DNA of 64,000 nucleotides from Lepidodermella squamata (Eukaryota; Animalia; Gastrotricha): NCBI GenBank assembly GCA_047495785.1, contig JBLDXI010000004.1, positions 744,001 to 808,000 of the forward strand, read 5' to 3'. Shown piece by piece: positions 37,710 to 48,379 of this stretch (position 1 is its first letter; each line of letters starts with the position of its first letter). The notes under the pieces were generated by a model. It saw only the letters and a program-made list of their open reading frames with translations, ran no database searches and was not told where the DNA came from. The position numbers and the translations under genes were made by a program.

Positions 37710-38852
37710 TTCTTGTTATAATTTATTGCGCTATATTATTATTATTATTATGTGATGATTAGGCCCAAAAAAGCAAAAAAATCAAATGCAGAATAGTTTC
37801 ACCTTGAGTTAACAATTCTAACTTAGTACGGCAGATATTCGGCAAGAAATTCCAGTTTAAACCTCAGATTTTTATGCAAATTCAAGCCATATAAAATGAA
37901 GAAAAATTATACTAGTTTGCTGATGCTTAGGACTTATAAATTACCTGTTCGCCGCTTTGAACGAAATAAATAATAAAAATCTTATCATCGCCTAAGAAAA
38001 AAAGTCGTTCTAAATAATCCCGCGATCTTCTTCCTTGTTATGGTTTGGTGATAAAAACAAAAATCGTTGAGCGAATTGGCCTGAATTAATGTTGCAAAAA
38101 ATAAATGTGCCTAATCGAAGGTATAAGCCCAAAATCTAACGTATTCAATCACTGAAAATAATTTGGTGAAACTTGTGGAGAAAAATATATCGACAACAAG
38201 TGAGAGGAAATATTAAACAATTAAAATAATTTTAATTTGAAAATACTAAACAATTTTGGAGACAGTGATAGTAAGAGTTATCAAAATTGCGAAATTGTAC
38301 GTTGATATAGGGAACCCCCAGCTCTAGTTCGAAAACAAGGAGAAACCCCGGCTTTAAAATCTTCCTAGTTCGTTGTTTTTCAGCATGCAAAATTCAGATT
38401 ATTCTACAAAAATTTCAATTTCTTCAATTTAATAGCACGTGATTGAAACGTGAAAAAGCGCGCCGTTATAAGTGCAAGAGAACAGCAAGAGAGGCTAGGT
38501 ATAAATTTCTTAACGCCAAGAAAATGTGACATATTCAATTAAAGGATTTTTTATATTAAAAAATTAAACGCCGGTGCGGGTTCCCTGTAACGTGAGATTC
38601 GTTGTTATTCCCCTGCGTTAAATAAATTTGGTACTTTTTCTTATCATGTGTCTCGAACTGGTGGTGCTGGTAGTAGCTGTTTTCAAATTACAGAGCTCTT
38701 AGCGTTGCGCAATATAGGCTCGTCCTTTGTGGCTGATGTTTAGTGGAGGCAGAGGAATTTTAATATTTTATCTATTTTTGGCGTCCTAATTTTCACCATG
38801 ATATTTGCTGCCTAAAATCGACGCGGCTCCCGCAACGTTCATGGCGTTCTCA

Positions 38853-39120
38853 AAGAGTTCACATTGTTCTCAGACTTCGATTACGCCGTCGCCTTCGCTT
38901 GTCCCATTTTCCGCTGATTTTTCAATCCTAGAAATCTTAAAATTCCACGAAGTGGCTTTCTCTCGCGGAAGAGTTCACATTGTTCTTGGACTTCGATTAC
39001 GCCGGCATTATGCGTCCTAATTTTCGTCCGATTCCGTGGAAATCGTAAAAATTTTCAACTCGACTGCAGCCTGCATGGAAATCTGAAAAGAGGTCACATT
39101 GTTCTAGTCGGTGATTACGT
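38853..39120 (+). repeat. Three ~117-bp-spaced copies of AAGAG(T/G)TCACATTGTTCT...GATTACG
   Basis: Cores at 38853, 38969 and 39088; spacers only weakly similar. Confidence 0.7.
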
Positions 39121-39236
39121 GCATATCTCTATATTTAGCGGCCGATTACGTCTCGTCAAATTTCATCCTGCTTTTATGCGTTGAAATATTTAGGCTTTTA
39201 TTGTCTGCATGCTGTCTTGTTTCTCTCCCACTCTTC

Positions 39237-39257
39237 CTCTCTCTCTCTCTCTCTCTC
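39237..39257 (+). repeat. (CT)n microsatellite
   Basis: About 10 CT units. Confidence 0.85.
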
Positions 39258-40796
39258 CGAAGAATATTTCCACGAATTTTATTTCTTTAGAGAAGTTTAA
39301 TAATTAATTTCAACAAAAATTTACAAGGCGCGAATCACCAAATGTATACAGGTAACTATGTATAAACGAGGCTGGGAATGCGGGAGAAATTAAGCGGAAA
39401 TCAGAGGGAATATTTGAGCAATTTTAGTAAAATAGCTATTAAAATTACACGCCCTAATAATATTTAAAGACAACAACAATATCACCCCAGTCATTATTCC
39501 CAGTCTTCAGACCTCGCCAGCGTAGCTTGATTGGAAAAATGCGGCTAATCTTTCGCGGCCATAACGAAAATTCAGCTTCTGAAACATTTATCAGATTGAA
39601 GAAAGCCTTTCTTTCCATCTCGAACGATTTCGCCAACCGATGATGGGGTCTAAGGAACAAAAGGCATCGCGAAAAAATGATTAGTTCCATATATAGGCAA
39701 TATAGGCAAATATAGGCTCATTCTGAGGCCATATTTGAGGCCAGTAATTTTTTTAAATTATTTTTAACAATTTAGGGTTTTAATTAAAATTTAAACATGT
39801 TTTCATTTATTTCAATTTTTCTAAAAAACAGAAAAAATACCTGGGGTTTATGTCGTGAAAATTTGCGAAGCGGCATGGCACAGAAACACGCCCTGCCTTC
39901 AGGTCCGCGCCTTCTAATTTAGTCGCCGGTTTACTTAGGATCGACGCTATTCGTAGGGCTATTTGATTAATTACAGAATAAATAGGTCCACGTGCTACGG
40001 TTGGTAAATTGGGCGGCCGGGTGTTTTTACGAAGTGCGCGAATGGCCTCTTTCATTTCACCATCGCCATAGTGCGTGGTGCCGAAAAATTGAGGGGAAGG
40101 ACAGGGTCTCGGGCGTAAACTATGTTGGTTTATAACCATGGAGTTGAAAAAAATGTATAAAAATCGCAACAAACTTTCAAGTTTTGCAAAATATTAGTTT
40201 GGCTAGTTCAGTTGAATTAATCGGCGTCAGACTTTCATGCCATTTATATAACCAGCGATTACAAGTCTTGGTCTAACCCTAATTTATTCCTATATGTTCT
40301 GAAGCGATAGAACCGGGGCGATAAAATAATTTGTTCGAAAACAACGATTAGACAATAAAAAACTATTATTACTACTTTTTATACGACTACTTGTATTATA
40401 GCCTTGAGAAAAATCTGGAAAACTGGTGAAAAGTTTCTGATGAGTTTCTTGGCAGAAACGAAACGCAATCTCAGCGCAGCCCGAAAACCGACTCATTTCG
40501 AAAGAGTAAATATTGAAAATCCAATCGCTAAAATTAAGAAAAAATCTGTCAATAATTTAGTGCTTTTTATCGACCAAATTTTTTTTCAAAATTAATCCTC
40601 CTTAATAAGCTGTTCTGAGATTGCGTCAAACTTGCCATCACCAATTTTTGCAGCTAAAATGACTATATTTTTGTTAGCCAATGCGCAAATGCCGTTTTCC
40701 TAAAAATGACCATAAATAAGTGGCGTCGAGCAAGCATAGTTTACTAAAATTGCAGTGCGCATCATTTAATGACAGAATTTAGAGAATAGCGTAGCC

Positions 40797-41127
40797 CAGA
40801 GTTGTCCACGGGTCGAAAAATTGAGGCCCGACCGAGCCCGTCAGTAAATATCTCCAAACCCGGCCCGGCCCGTAGAAGAAAAGTCACACGAAATTAGTAT
40901 TCCTTCTTCCTTTTCGATGCTCAAAAACTTCAAAGAGACGTCATTTTTACTCGAAGTTGGCATTATATTGATGTTTTGCTACGGGAATAACTTAAAATCT
41001 TACTGTCAAATTTACTGAAAGCAATTGCAAAGAAATCCTAGAAGACGGGTTTTGAAAACCAGAGGATTGGAAAACCCATACCCGCCCAAACCCGGCCCGG
41101 GTTAAACCCGGCCCGTGGACAACTCTG
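40797..41127. mobile_element. hAT MITE, 331 bp, nested in the 14.3-kb element
   Basis: 16-bp TIR CAGAGTTGTCCACGGG / CCCGTGGACAACTCTG; perfect 8-bp TSD GCGTAGCC (40789-96, 41128-35); CCCGGCCCG subterminal repeats. Confidence 0.93.
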
Positions 41128-41721
41128 GCGTAGCCAACCCTTTTAACGATGGGCAGAACAAACTAAAATCAAAAGCCAGTGTAAAAGCCACTAATGAGGA
41201 TAGTCGGATCGTTTTTAGTTGGATTGGAATGCGACATGAATATTTTAAATGCGAAATAGGAGCATATCGAAGAGTTGAAAGAATCACGTGTCCGCTAATG
41301 ACCTAATTAAGGGATGCGCATTATTAGATCATTTGCAACCACCCTGAAAACCGAATTTTTTTTGTATTCGCACTCTGAATTTTGCTGAAATTTCGATTAT
41401 TGAAAATAAAGAAAAATCTACTTAAAAATCTAAGAAGTGAATAAAGTCGAAAAAGCCTATCCGTCACGAAGTCGTTTTTTCTCCCGATAATTTTGGTACT
41501 CGCGTAATATTGCTAATTATTGAAAAAAATATTCCTTGCCCTTGGAAGCGAATGAAATCTTAAACCATTAAAATCTTTGAAAATGGGCTGAATTTCGATA
41601 AATAATAATTCTTAACTCATCAAGGCTTGATTACCTCATTATTCTCCAGATTCTTCAGCCTTTCAGCATTTACTATCTCTGCATCGCACGATTTGCTTAG
41701 AATTGATTAATTTCGTACCTA

Positions 41722-42699
41722 ATGGCTCAAAAGCGGCCTCTTGGTGCTGAATCGGGCTTGGAATCGAGCTCGGAAGAGCCAATAGCTGAGTCCCGTTTCC
41801 CTCTCGGTAGAATCCCCAAGGTGGCGAGGAGCACATCAGGGGCCCAGCTCAACTACTTTTCAGTGAAGCCAAGTAATCCACCCAGGAAGAATCCGATCGA
41901 CCGTAACAAGCCAGGTTGCAGTGGAACAGCGCCGCCAGGAACTTCGGCTGAAGTTCCGCCACCTAGGGCCAACAATGCGAAGACGTCAAGGCGACCGGTC
42001 TCGCCAGTTGCTTCTTTAACAGAGCCAGACTTGCCGCGTGATATGGCTCGATCAAACGCCCTGCAGAGATCTTTCCTGGAAGAAGAAGAAACGACATCAT
42101 TTGATGACAACGTAATTTTTTGAACTAATTCATTTAAGCCTAAAAAATATTTACTTCACAAATATTTCTAAATTTCATGATTTTTAATGAAACGGTTTTC
42201 CCCTTGAAATATTTCATCTATCATTAAACGCCGCAATACAGTAAAATCTGAATTTTCATCCGAGGTGGGAGAATGCAATTCTTCATTTTTCCAAAAAAAT
42301 ATGCGAGTTTTGCTATTTACACTCCAGTTTTCGCAATTTATAACGCATTTGGCCAACTTTCGTCGCAAATTTATCCGATCTGAAATTATAAAATTTCACA
42401 ACGGAACTTGACGTGGATTTCAAATTAGGAATTTTTCAATTTTTTCGGCTTCCCTAAATCCTCCAGGGAACACCACTTTGCCCTTTTCAAATGGTGAGTA
42501 TCCGTGGTCTAAAATATCTCAATTATCCGAATCGAAGCTGATTTTACAAATTTTAAGAACGTAATTTCCTCCATAGTTACTACGCGTGATGGTACTTCAT
42601 GAAAATAAATCTGCATTACCCAGCCAGATTTTTCAGGATTTTCGAAGAAGAGACGAGATTAGAATTGGAATGAATTTAAGGGTCCGACAGCGGGCGTAG
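41722..42699 (+). CDS. Putative spliced orphan gene, Ser/Pro-rich disordered protein
   Basis: GC-rich ORF 41722-42111 ending AAC|gtaatt. Compatible phase-0 exons 42467-42493 (GTPLCPFQM|gtgagt) and 42577-42699. No recognisable domain. Confidence 0.45.
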
Positions 42700-42928
42700 C
42701 CAAAATTTTGATTACAACTTATTCCCCATAGTTAATTAGAAAACGTGACGATAATTCGCAATGCGTTTGAAATCGTTATTGTTGCATCTAATAACTTATC
42801 ATGGGCACAGTATTTCAAACGCCATTAGTCGCCTTTAGTCACATGACAGAAACAGTTGGATATATCTGATCCTAATAATGTAGAAATTAGGCAAAGTTTT
42901 CAGAGCGAATTTATCGATTTTTTTCATC

Positions 42929-43355
42929 ATGAGCAACCTCGAAGACGACGATCGCTATTCAACGGGAGATTCTGAATATGACAGCGACGAGTCCATGAGA
43001 TTAAGGGCGAAAGCCAAGCGAAAAGCTGAAGAGTATGCCTTTTATCACCGTTTGTCATGGCACAACTATAAACGCGAGAATCCTACATTAAGTAGCCACT
43101 TTGTTCCTAACAAACTGGGTATGAATTAGCTGAATAGCAGCGCTCCAAGTAAGAATTTTCACCTTATGCACTTTTCTTGCAGAAAGAAGCGCTTCGTGCA
43201 TTGAGTTTATAGCCGATCGAACCGGAGACTGGAATATGACGTGGTATATGCTTACTGAGCTAGGGAATATACCTGCGAAACGACGATATTCAGTCAATTT
43301 GGGAAAACACGAATTCAACTTCGGAGGTTCTTTTCGAAGAAAGGACTTCAATTGA
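42929..43355 (+). CDS. Putative two-exon orphan gene, 120 aa
   Basis: Exons 42929-43118 (G|gtatga) and 43183-43355 (cttgcag|AA) join in phase 1 into an open frame MSNLEDDDRYSTGDSEYDSDE...NKLERSASCIEFIADRTGDWNMTWYMLTELG...KDFN*. Confidence 0.55.
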
Positions 43356-43866
43356 GCTTAAGTGCTGAACCTATCTGATTTTGCCCTCAATATTTTGATC
43401 AACAGCTAATTCACCTTATTTAATTTCATGCTTTGATGCCATTCAAGAGGTTTCAGAAATAAATTAATTCGCCTCCGTGTAATGGTGCTTTCACAAATGC
43501 GTCCGACGAGCGTCCGACGTTTTCGGCGCCCGAAGTTTCGTAATAGGCGACCGAAGTAGCGTAATAGTTGCCCGACGTTCAGATTTTCTTTCACAAACGC
43601 GCGCACTTCGGCCTGCGCGCCCGAAGTTTGAACAATAGCGCGTCCGACGCAGCGCGCGCACGCAAAACAATGAACGTCGGATCGGAGACCCGCAAAACTA
43701 CCGTCCGAAGTGCGTCCGAACCGAAGAGTTTAAACAAAAGAATCTAACGAAGAGCGGAAAAGTTTTATTGGGCTCAACAACAGCGGAAATTACAACACCA
43801 TATACTACAACACATTTCAACAATTTAAGACAAAAATTCAACAAAAAATTACAAAACAATTTACAA

Positions 43867-44951
43867 TTAGTTGAACACCGTGCGACGGACTAAATCACTA
43901 ATATCGAAAAACAAGCGCGATATTTCGCTTTTGCTGAGAGGTGATTCATCAATAATATTTAAAATCGACGCAAATTGTTCATTAATAGCGCGACGGCGCT
44001 CTGTAAAGAGCGGCTCGCCCTCGAGCGAGGCGATTATCGCCCGGGTAAGTGGGTCAAGTTCTTCAGATTCTTCCGCCTTCCGCTTCTTCCGACCACTGCT
44101 TGCCGCTGCTGCTGACGGTGTCGACTGTTCGATGAAGTTCGACTGCGAGTCTTGAACGCCGGCTAAGACGGGCGGAGGGTTCAACTGACCAGCGTCGCCG
44201 GAAGAATCGCCAGTAGCATTGACTTGAGGCGTTTGAGGCGTTTGAGGCGTGTGAGGCGTGTCGGGGCGAAGTTGCCGGGCAACTGACGCAGGTAACGCCG
44301 AAGAAACAGGTAAATTCGACTTCGTTCTGAAAAATATGAAAAATTTAAGCAATTTGTTTCCGATTTTCCGCACATTTTTCATTTAAAAAAAAAATAAATA
44401 AAATAACTCACTTGTTTTTGTACATCACTACGTCCGCCAGAAAGGTCATCGCCTCGTAGAAGGCGAAACGGACAGTCTTCTCAGCTGCCGAGCCGCTCGC
44501 CACGTACTGCTTGTGGCATTTAGTGAAGCGGTCGCGAAGACGCTGCCACTCCTCGCTCACTTCTTTGTAGGTGTACGGCTGTGCCGGGGCTGACGCTGTC
44601 GCGGGCTTCATCGGAAGGCGTGTGGCCAGAGTAGCCCACAGGGCATTTTTGAAGACTACGTCGCTGTATTTGACGTCTGACGGCAGCCAAAGCGACGGGT
44701 TGTGTCGAACAAACTCGATAATAGCGGCATGCACCTCGGAGCTGCTCGAACGAAATCGAAGAAGACGCGGACGACGACGAAGAAGCCGACGAGGACGGGC
44801 GAGAATTGTTGGGCGGAACCGGTGTTGGCGGCAACTGCGAGTACGACATGTGTTGAGACGGTTGCATCATCGTGTACGGTTGGCTGTCATCGAAAGTCAC
44901 CTGAGACGACGACGACGACGACGACGGAAAATAATAGCGCATGTCGTTCAT
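43867..44951 (-). CDS. Harbinger Myb/SANT-like (MADF) DNA-binding protein; apparent frameshift at ~44738
   Basis: ATG 44951 opens a Ser-rich frame. The MADF domain (IIEFVRHNPSLW...KNALW...WQRLRDRF...SGS...FYEAMTFL) is in an adjacent frame. Intron 44411-44327 (AA|gtgagt...tttcag|A) joins in frame to exon 44326-43867. Confidence 0.85.
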
Positions 44952-45240
44952 TTTAACGAAAAACTAGCCAAATTCGAGTAAAAGCTGAGTGAAAGTCTAG
45001 TTTTCGGCGAGTTTTGAGTTGAGCGATGATACCCTAGCTGATGTTGGATTGGTTTAAATAACCCAAAATCGCGGCATTTTCGGACGCCATGTTGAGAAAT
45101 CAAAGGGCGCACCGCCAAGATGGCGGCAGGCGCTGCGTCAATGCGCGGCCGCCACGCTCGTCGTCATGCTCGCCTCGCCTCGCTCACCTGGATGCCACTA
45201 ATCTGATTAAGAAAATTTAATTAATTTCTCTTCTCCTGAA
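44952..45240. promoter_or_regulatory. Bidirectional promoter region of the Harbinger element with YY1-like sites
   Basis: 289-bp gap between divergent ATGs; CAAGATGGCGGC at 45116-45127 and CGCCATGTT at 45085-45093. Confidence 0.4.
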
Positions 45241-46638
45241 ATGATTCGCGACCGTAGACGCAAGGCTCTTCTAATCGGCTTAGCGTTGCATTTACGCCGA
45301 AAACGAGCACAGAAAAAAGTGCGTCGTTATGGCATTCACCCGGTGAATCGGCAACGGCCAATGCTGGGTCATTTCCATTGTCTACACCGCGAGCTGCTGA
45401 TGGATAATGAGCGATTTCAAAATTATTATCGCCTCGATATTGCCGCATTCAACAAACTTGTCGCACTGGTACGGCCTATTACTGCCAAGCCGTCGATATT
45501 CGGCCGGCATGGCATCTCGCTCGAAGAAAAAATGGCGCTGACCGTTCGTTTTTTAGCAACTGGAGAGTCGATGACAAGCCTGTCATACTCGTTTCGAATG
45601 GGCGTGGCAACAGTTCATTCGATTTTGAAAAGAACTATGCGTGCGATCTCAACCGCCCTAATGCCAATTTACATGCCGACTCCCACCGCTGAAACGTGGC
45701 GAGAGAACGCCGCCGAGTTTGGCCAGTACTGGAATTTGCCGTTCTGCTGCGGCGCGGTAGACGGAAAACACTGCGTCATCGTTCGTCCGGCAAAATCTGG
45801 GAGCGAATATTATAATTATAAGGTTGGTAGCAATTTTTATTTATTTATTTATTTATTTATTTTTTATTTTATTTTATTTTATTTTATTTAAAAAAATATT
45901 CTCAAAATTAAATTGTAAATTTTTAATTTTAATTTTTTTGGTTTTTTTTTATTTATTTTTTTATTTTTTTAGGGAACTTACTCGATTGTGCTAATGGCGG
46001 TGGTTGACGCCAAGTATCGCTTCTGCCTGGTCGATGTCGGTGCCCACGGCCGTTTCAGTGACGGCGGGGTATTCAAGAATAGCGGCCTGCTGGAATATTG
46101 CAGCAACACCACGCCAACAGAGTCTATTCCTCTACCTGGTGGCAATATGAAGGCGAACCATTATTTTGTTGGCGATGCGGCGTTCGGGCTAGACTGGAAC
46201 TTCCTTTCACCCTATCCCGGACAAACATCCGGAAATTTGCCGGCTAATAAGCAAACTTTTAATTATCGTTTATCTCGCGGTCGGCGTGTCGTCGAAAACG
46301 CATTCGGCATTGCATCAGCTAGATTCCGCCTACTTCGGAAAGTGATGGAGTTGAGCCCAGAAATGGCAGAAGACGCCGTGCTGGCCATCTGTACGCTTCA
46401 TAATTTCGCAATGGCCGAGGTTTCTAACTACAACATCGGCGATCGCGAGGCGTGGGACACGTGGCAGGAGATCGAGAAAGAAGGCGCGCTTCCGAATTTC
46501 GTCCCAGAGAATATTCGCGTCACCGAGAAAAAGGGTTTCGACCACGGCCAGCAGTTGCGCTCGAATTTAACCATCTGGTTCCAGTCCGAATCGGGCATGG
46601 TTGCCTGGCAGTCAAAAATGCTGAATCGAAAATTCTAA
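45241..46638 (+). CDS. Harbinger/PIF DDE transposase (HARBI1-like), 2 exons, 415 aa, intact
   Basis: Exons 45241-45822 and 45973-46638. The splice restores YYNYK-GTYSIVLMAVVDA. Catalytic motifs GAVDGKH, VGDAAF, RRVVENAFG; N-terminal LRFLATG-like HTH motif. Confidence 0.95.
45834..45970 (+). repeat. (TTTA/TTTTA)n low-complexity intron sequence
   Basis: Runs of TTTA and TTTTA inside the transposase intron. Confidence 0.8.
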
Positions 46639-48056
46639 ATTTCAGCAGTCGGTTTCTGTCGATTTTTAATATTCGCACTAAAATGATTAACATCTCATGA
46701 ATGTAAATTCATTTTCTCATTTCTGATTTTCGCATTTTGCATCCTTATACTGTGCTTCGACTTGATTTGCTTTCATTTTTACTATAGAACAACATGTTTG
46801 GCTTGATAAATGCGATAATAGTAAAATTATATATGCTCGTGTTGCTTTTTACGTCATCTACCTTTATTTGAAAACATTTTTTTAATTGGGACCGAAATGA
46901 AAAAAAAGTTGCTGTACCCGGCCGTTTTCCGCTATATAAAAGTGCGTGCGCTCGTTGAGAGGTATGCGCGCTAACTTCGGGAGAAGAACAATAGAACGTC
47001 GGACGTCTCGCTGCGCGCGCGCGTCCGAATTGCCACTGATAACACCGTCCGACGTTTCGCTTCACTTTTCCGAAGTTTGCGAGTTGCTAACCGAAGTTTT
47101 CGCCGTCCGACGCATTTGTGAAAGCACCATAATATCGTTAGCCATGGTACAGCAAGTATTATGGCACGCTTGTAAATAGTTCAATAAAATTTCGAATAAG
47201 TCTTTTTTGCAACCATGAATTTTCCGTCTGACTTTTTTCTGTGTGATCCGTATGTCATGTTAGCAATTCCAGTCGAAAAAACACAACTAGCGTGAGTGGG
47301 GATATTTTGGAAAAAACCCATGTTTTTCGAGGATTAAAATGAATTTGAATTTGAATTTGAATACCAATTGATTAATTCGAAACGAATACAGTTATAGCAA
47401 CTGGACTAGATACAGACAAACATTTCAATCAAAATCAACTCACTTAAATACTTATCGACTCACGACATGGTGGCAACCTGTTGCTTATCTTCATCATTCA
47501 TGTCCGCAGTCAATCGCTCAATTCTTCAATCCTCCGCCGTATTATTGAAAGAGGTGACGATGTTAACTCAGCAGCAGCATTCACACAGCAAATTCGATCC
47601 GAATACCAGCAGAAGTAACGCCAAGATCATTTTCAAGTCAAAGCTTTCACTCAAACTGAGCAAGAGTTATCTGAGTAGGACATCTTCTAACTCAGAAAGT
47701 CGAAATTAAGCAAAACTGTTAACGCCGACACCTAGTTAACACAAGTAAAAGACATTTCATTTCATCATTTCACCACCGATATGGGCAGGAACTTCAAAAT
47801 GTCCTTTCAAAGTGTTATGGAAACTTTAAACAGCCAAATGCCAGCTAAAACTTGCGTGCAGTCACGCAGCTCGCAAATCTCCCGCCACGGGTGAAGGATT
47901 TAATTATAAGAAAATAATTTTTTTCCAACGAATACATTTTTTTTATAACAAATCAAATTCTTTTCCAAGAGCTAATTTTATTTTGTTTTGATTTACCGCA
48001 GCCACTATTAGTGATTTGAGCGAAAATTAATATGTGAACGGCGGCGCCCGTATGAA

Positions 48057-48379
48057 TGTTTCCGCGGCAAGGCGATTTCCGTCGCGATTTTCGACAGCAA
48101 AGCGGTCCGCCACGTCGGTATCAACCTGCACCTCGCCAGCAGTCACCAAGCCGATTTCCTGACCGTTTTCAGGAGCGCCCGCAGCAATTTCGCGGACGAC
48201 AGCGATCAGGTAATGATAATAATAACGAAGAGGGTTGTTGGCACTGCCACAAACCGGGACATTTTAGGCGAGATTGCCGGTCATATAGGCAGGACTTAGA
48301 GCGGAATAGTCGCCAGCCGCCTTACCAGGGAAAAGGGGGGCGGCCGGCCTCAAGGCGCCAAGGTCGGCCGAACTATTGA
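48057..48379 (+). CDS. gag: Gag, C-terminal part with CCHC zinc knuckle
   Basis: CWHCHKPGHFRRDC; Arg/Gln-rich nucleocapsid; in frame with 33053-33776 after removing the insertion. Confidence 0.9.
48328..48370 (+). promoter_or_regulatory. -1 programmed ribosomal frameshift signal (gag-pol)
   Basis: G GGA AAA heptamer (48328-34) in gag phase, 6-nt spacer, 10-bp stem CGGCCGGCCT/AGGTCGGCCG with a 10-nt loop. The -1 frame is open into pol. Confidence 0.8.

Larger units (their letters stand above)
43483..47129. mobile_element. PIF/Harbinger DNA transposon, 3647 bp, full length
   Basis: 21-bp perfect TIR TGGTGCTTTCACAAATGCGTC; TAA TSD at 43480-82 and 47130-32; GTCCGACG/CCGAAGT subterminal repeats. 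Two divergent genes (MADF/Myb-like and DDE transposase). Confidence 0.96.
33777..48054. mobile_element. 14,278-bp TIR DNA element with 2-bp TSD (CMC-like), cargo-carrying, no own transposase seen
   Basis: Perfect 22-bp TIR CATACGGGCGCCGCCGTTCACA (33777-33798 / 48033-48054); AA flanks at 33775-76 and 48055-56. Removal restores gag (..NQISR-MFPRQGDF..). Imperfect subterminal inverted motifs at 33933-33958 / 47858-47883. Confidence 0.92.

Noticed and set aside
44520-44981. Arg-rich and Thr-rich plus-strand ORFs (44571-44981, 44702-44956) and the 193-aa minus ORF 57191-57772 as independent genes
   Set aside because: The first two are antisense shadows of the Ser-rich MADF gene. The last is read-through of upstream DNA and introns around real exon 1 (57568-57428).
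45241-46638. Domesticated host HARBI1 gene, or the transposase of the 14.3-kb element
   Set aside because: It lies within its own TIRs and TAA TSD with a MADF partner. Those ends are unrelated to the 22-bp TIR and 2-bp TSD of the outer element.
33779-48052. Reading the giant element as CGGGCG...CGCCCG with a TA TSD (Tc1/mariner-like), or as a P element because of CAT termini
   Set aside because: The TA reading leaves gag out of frame with its zinc knuckle, whereas the AA reading restores it. No 7-8-bp duplication exists in the flanks.
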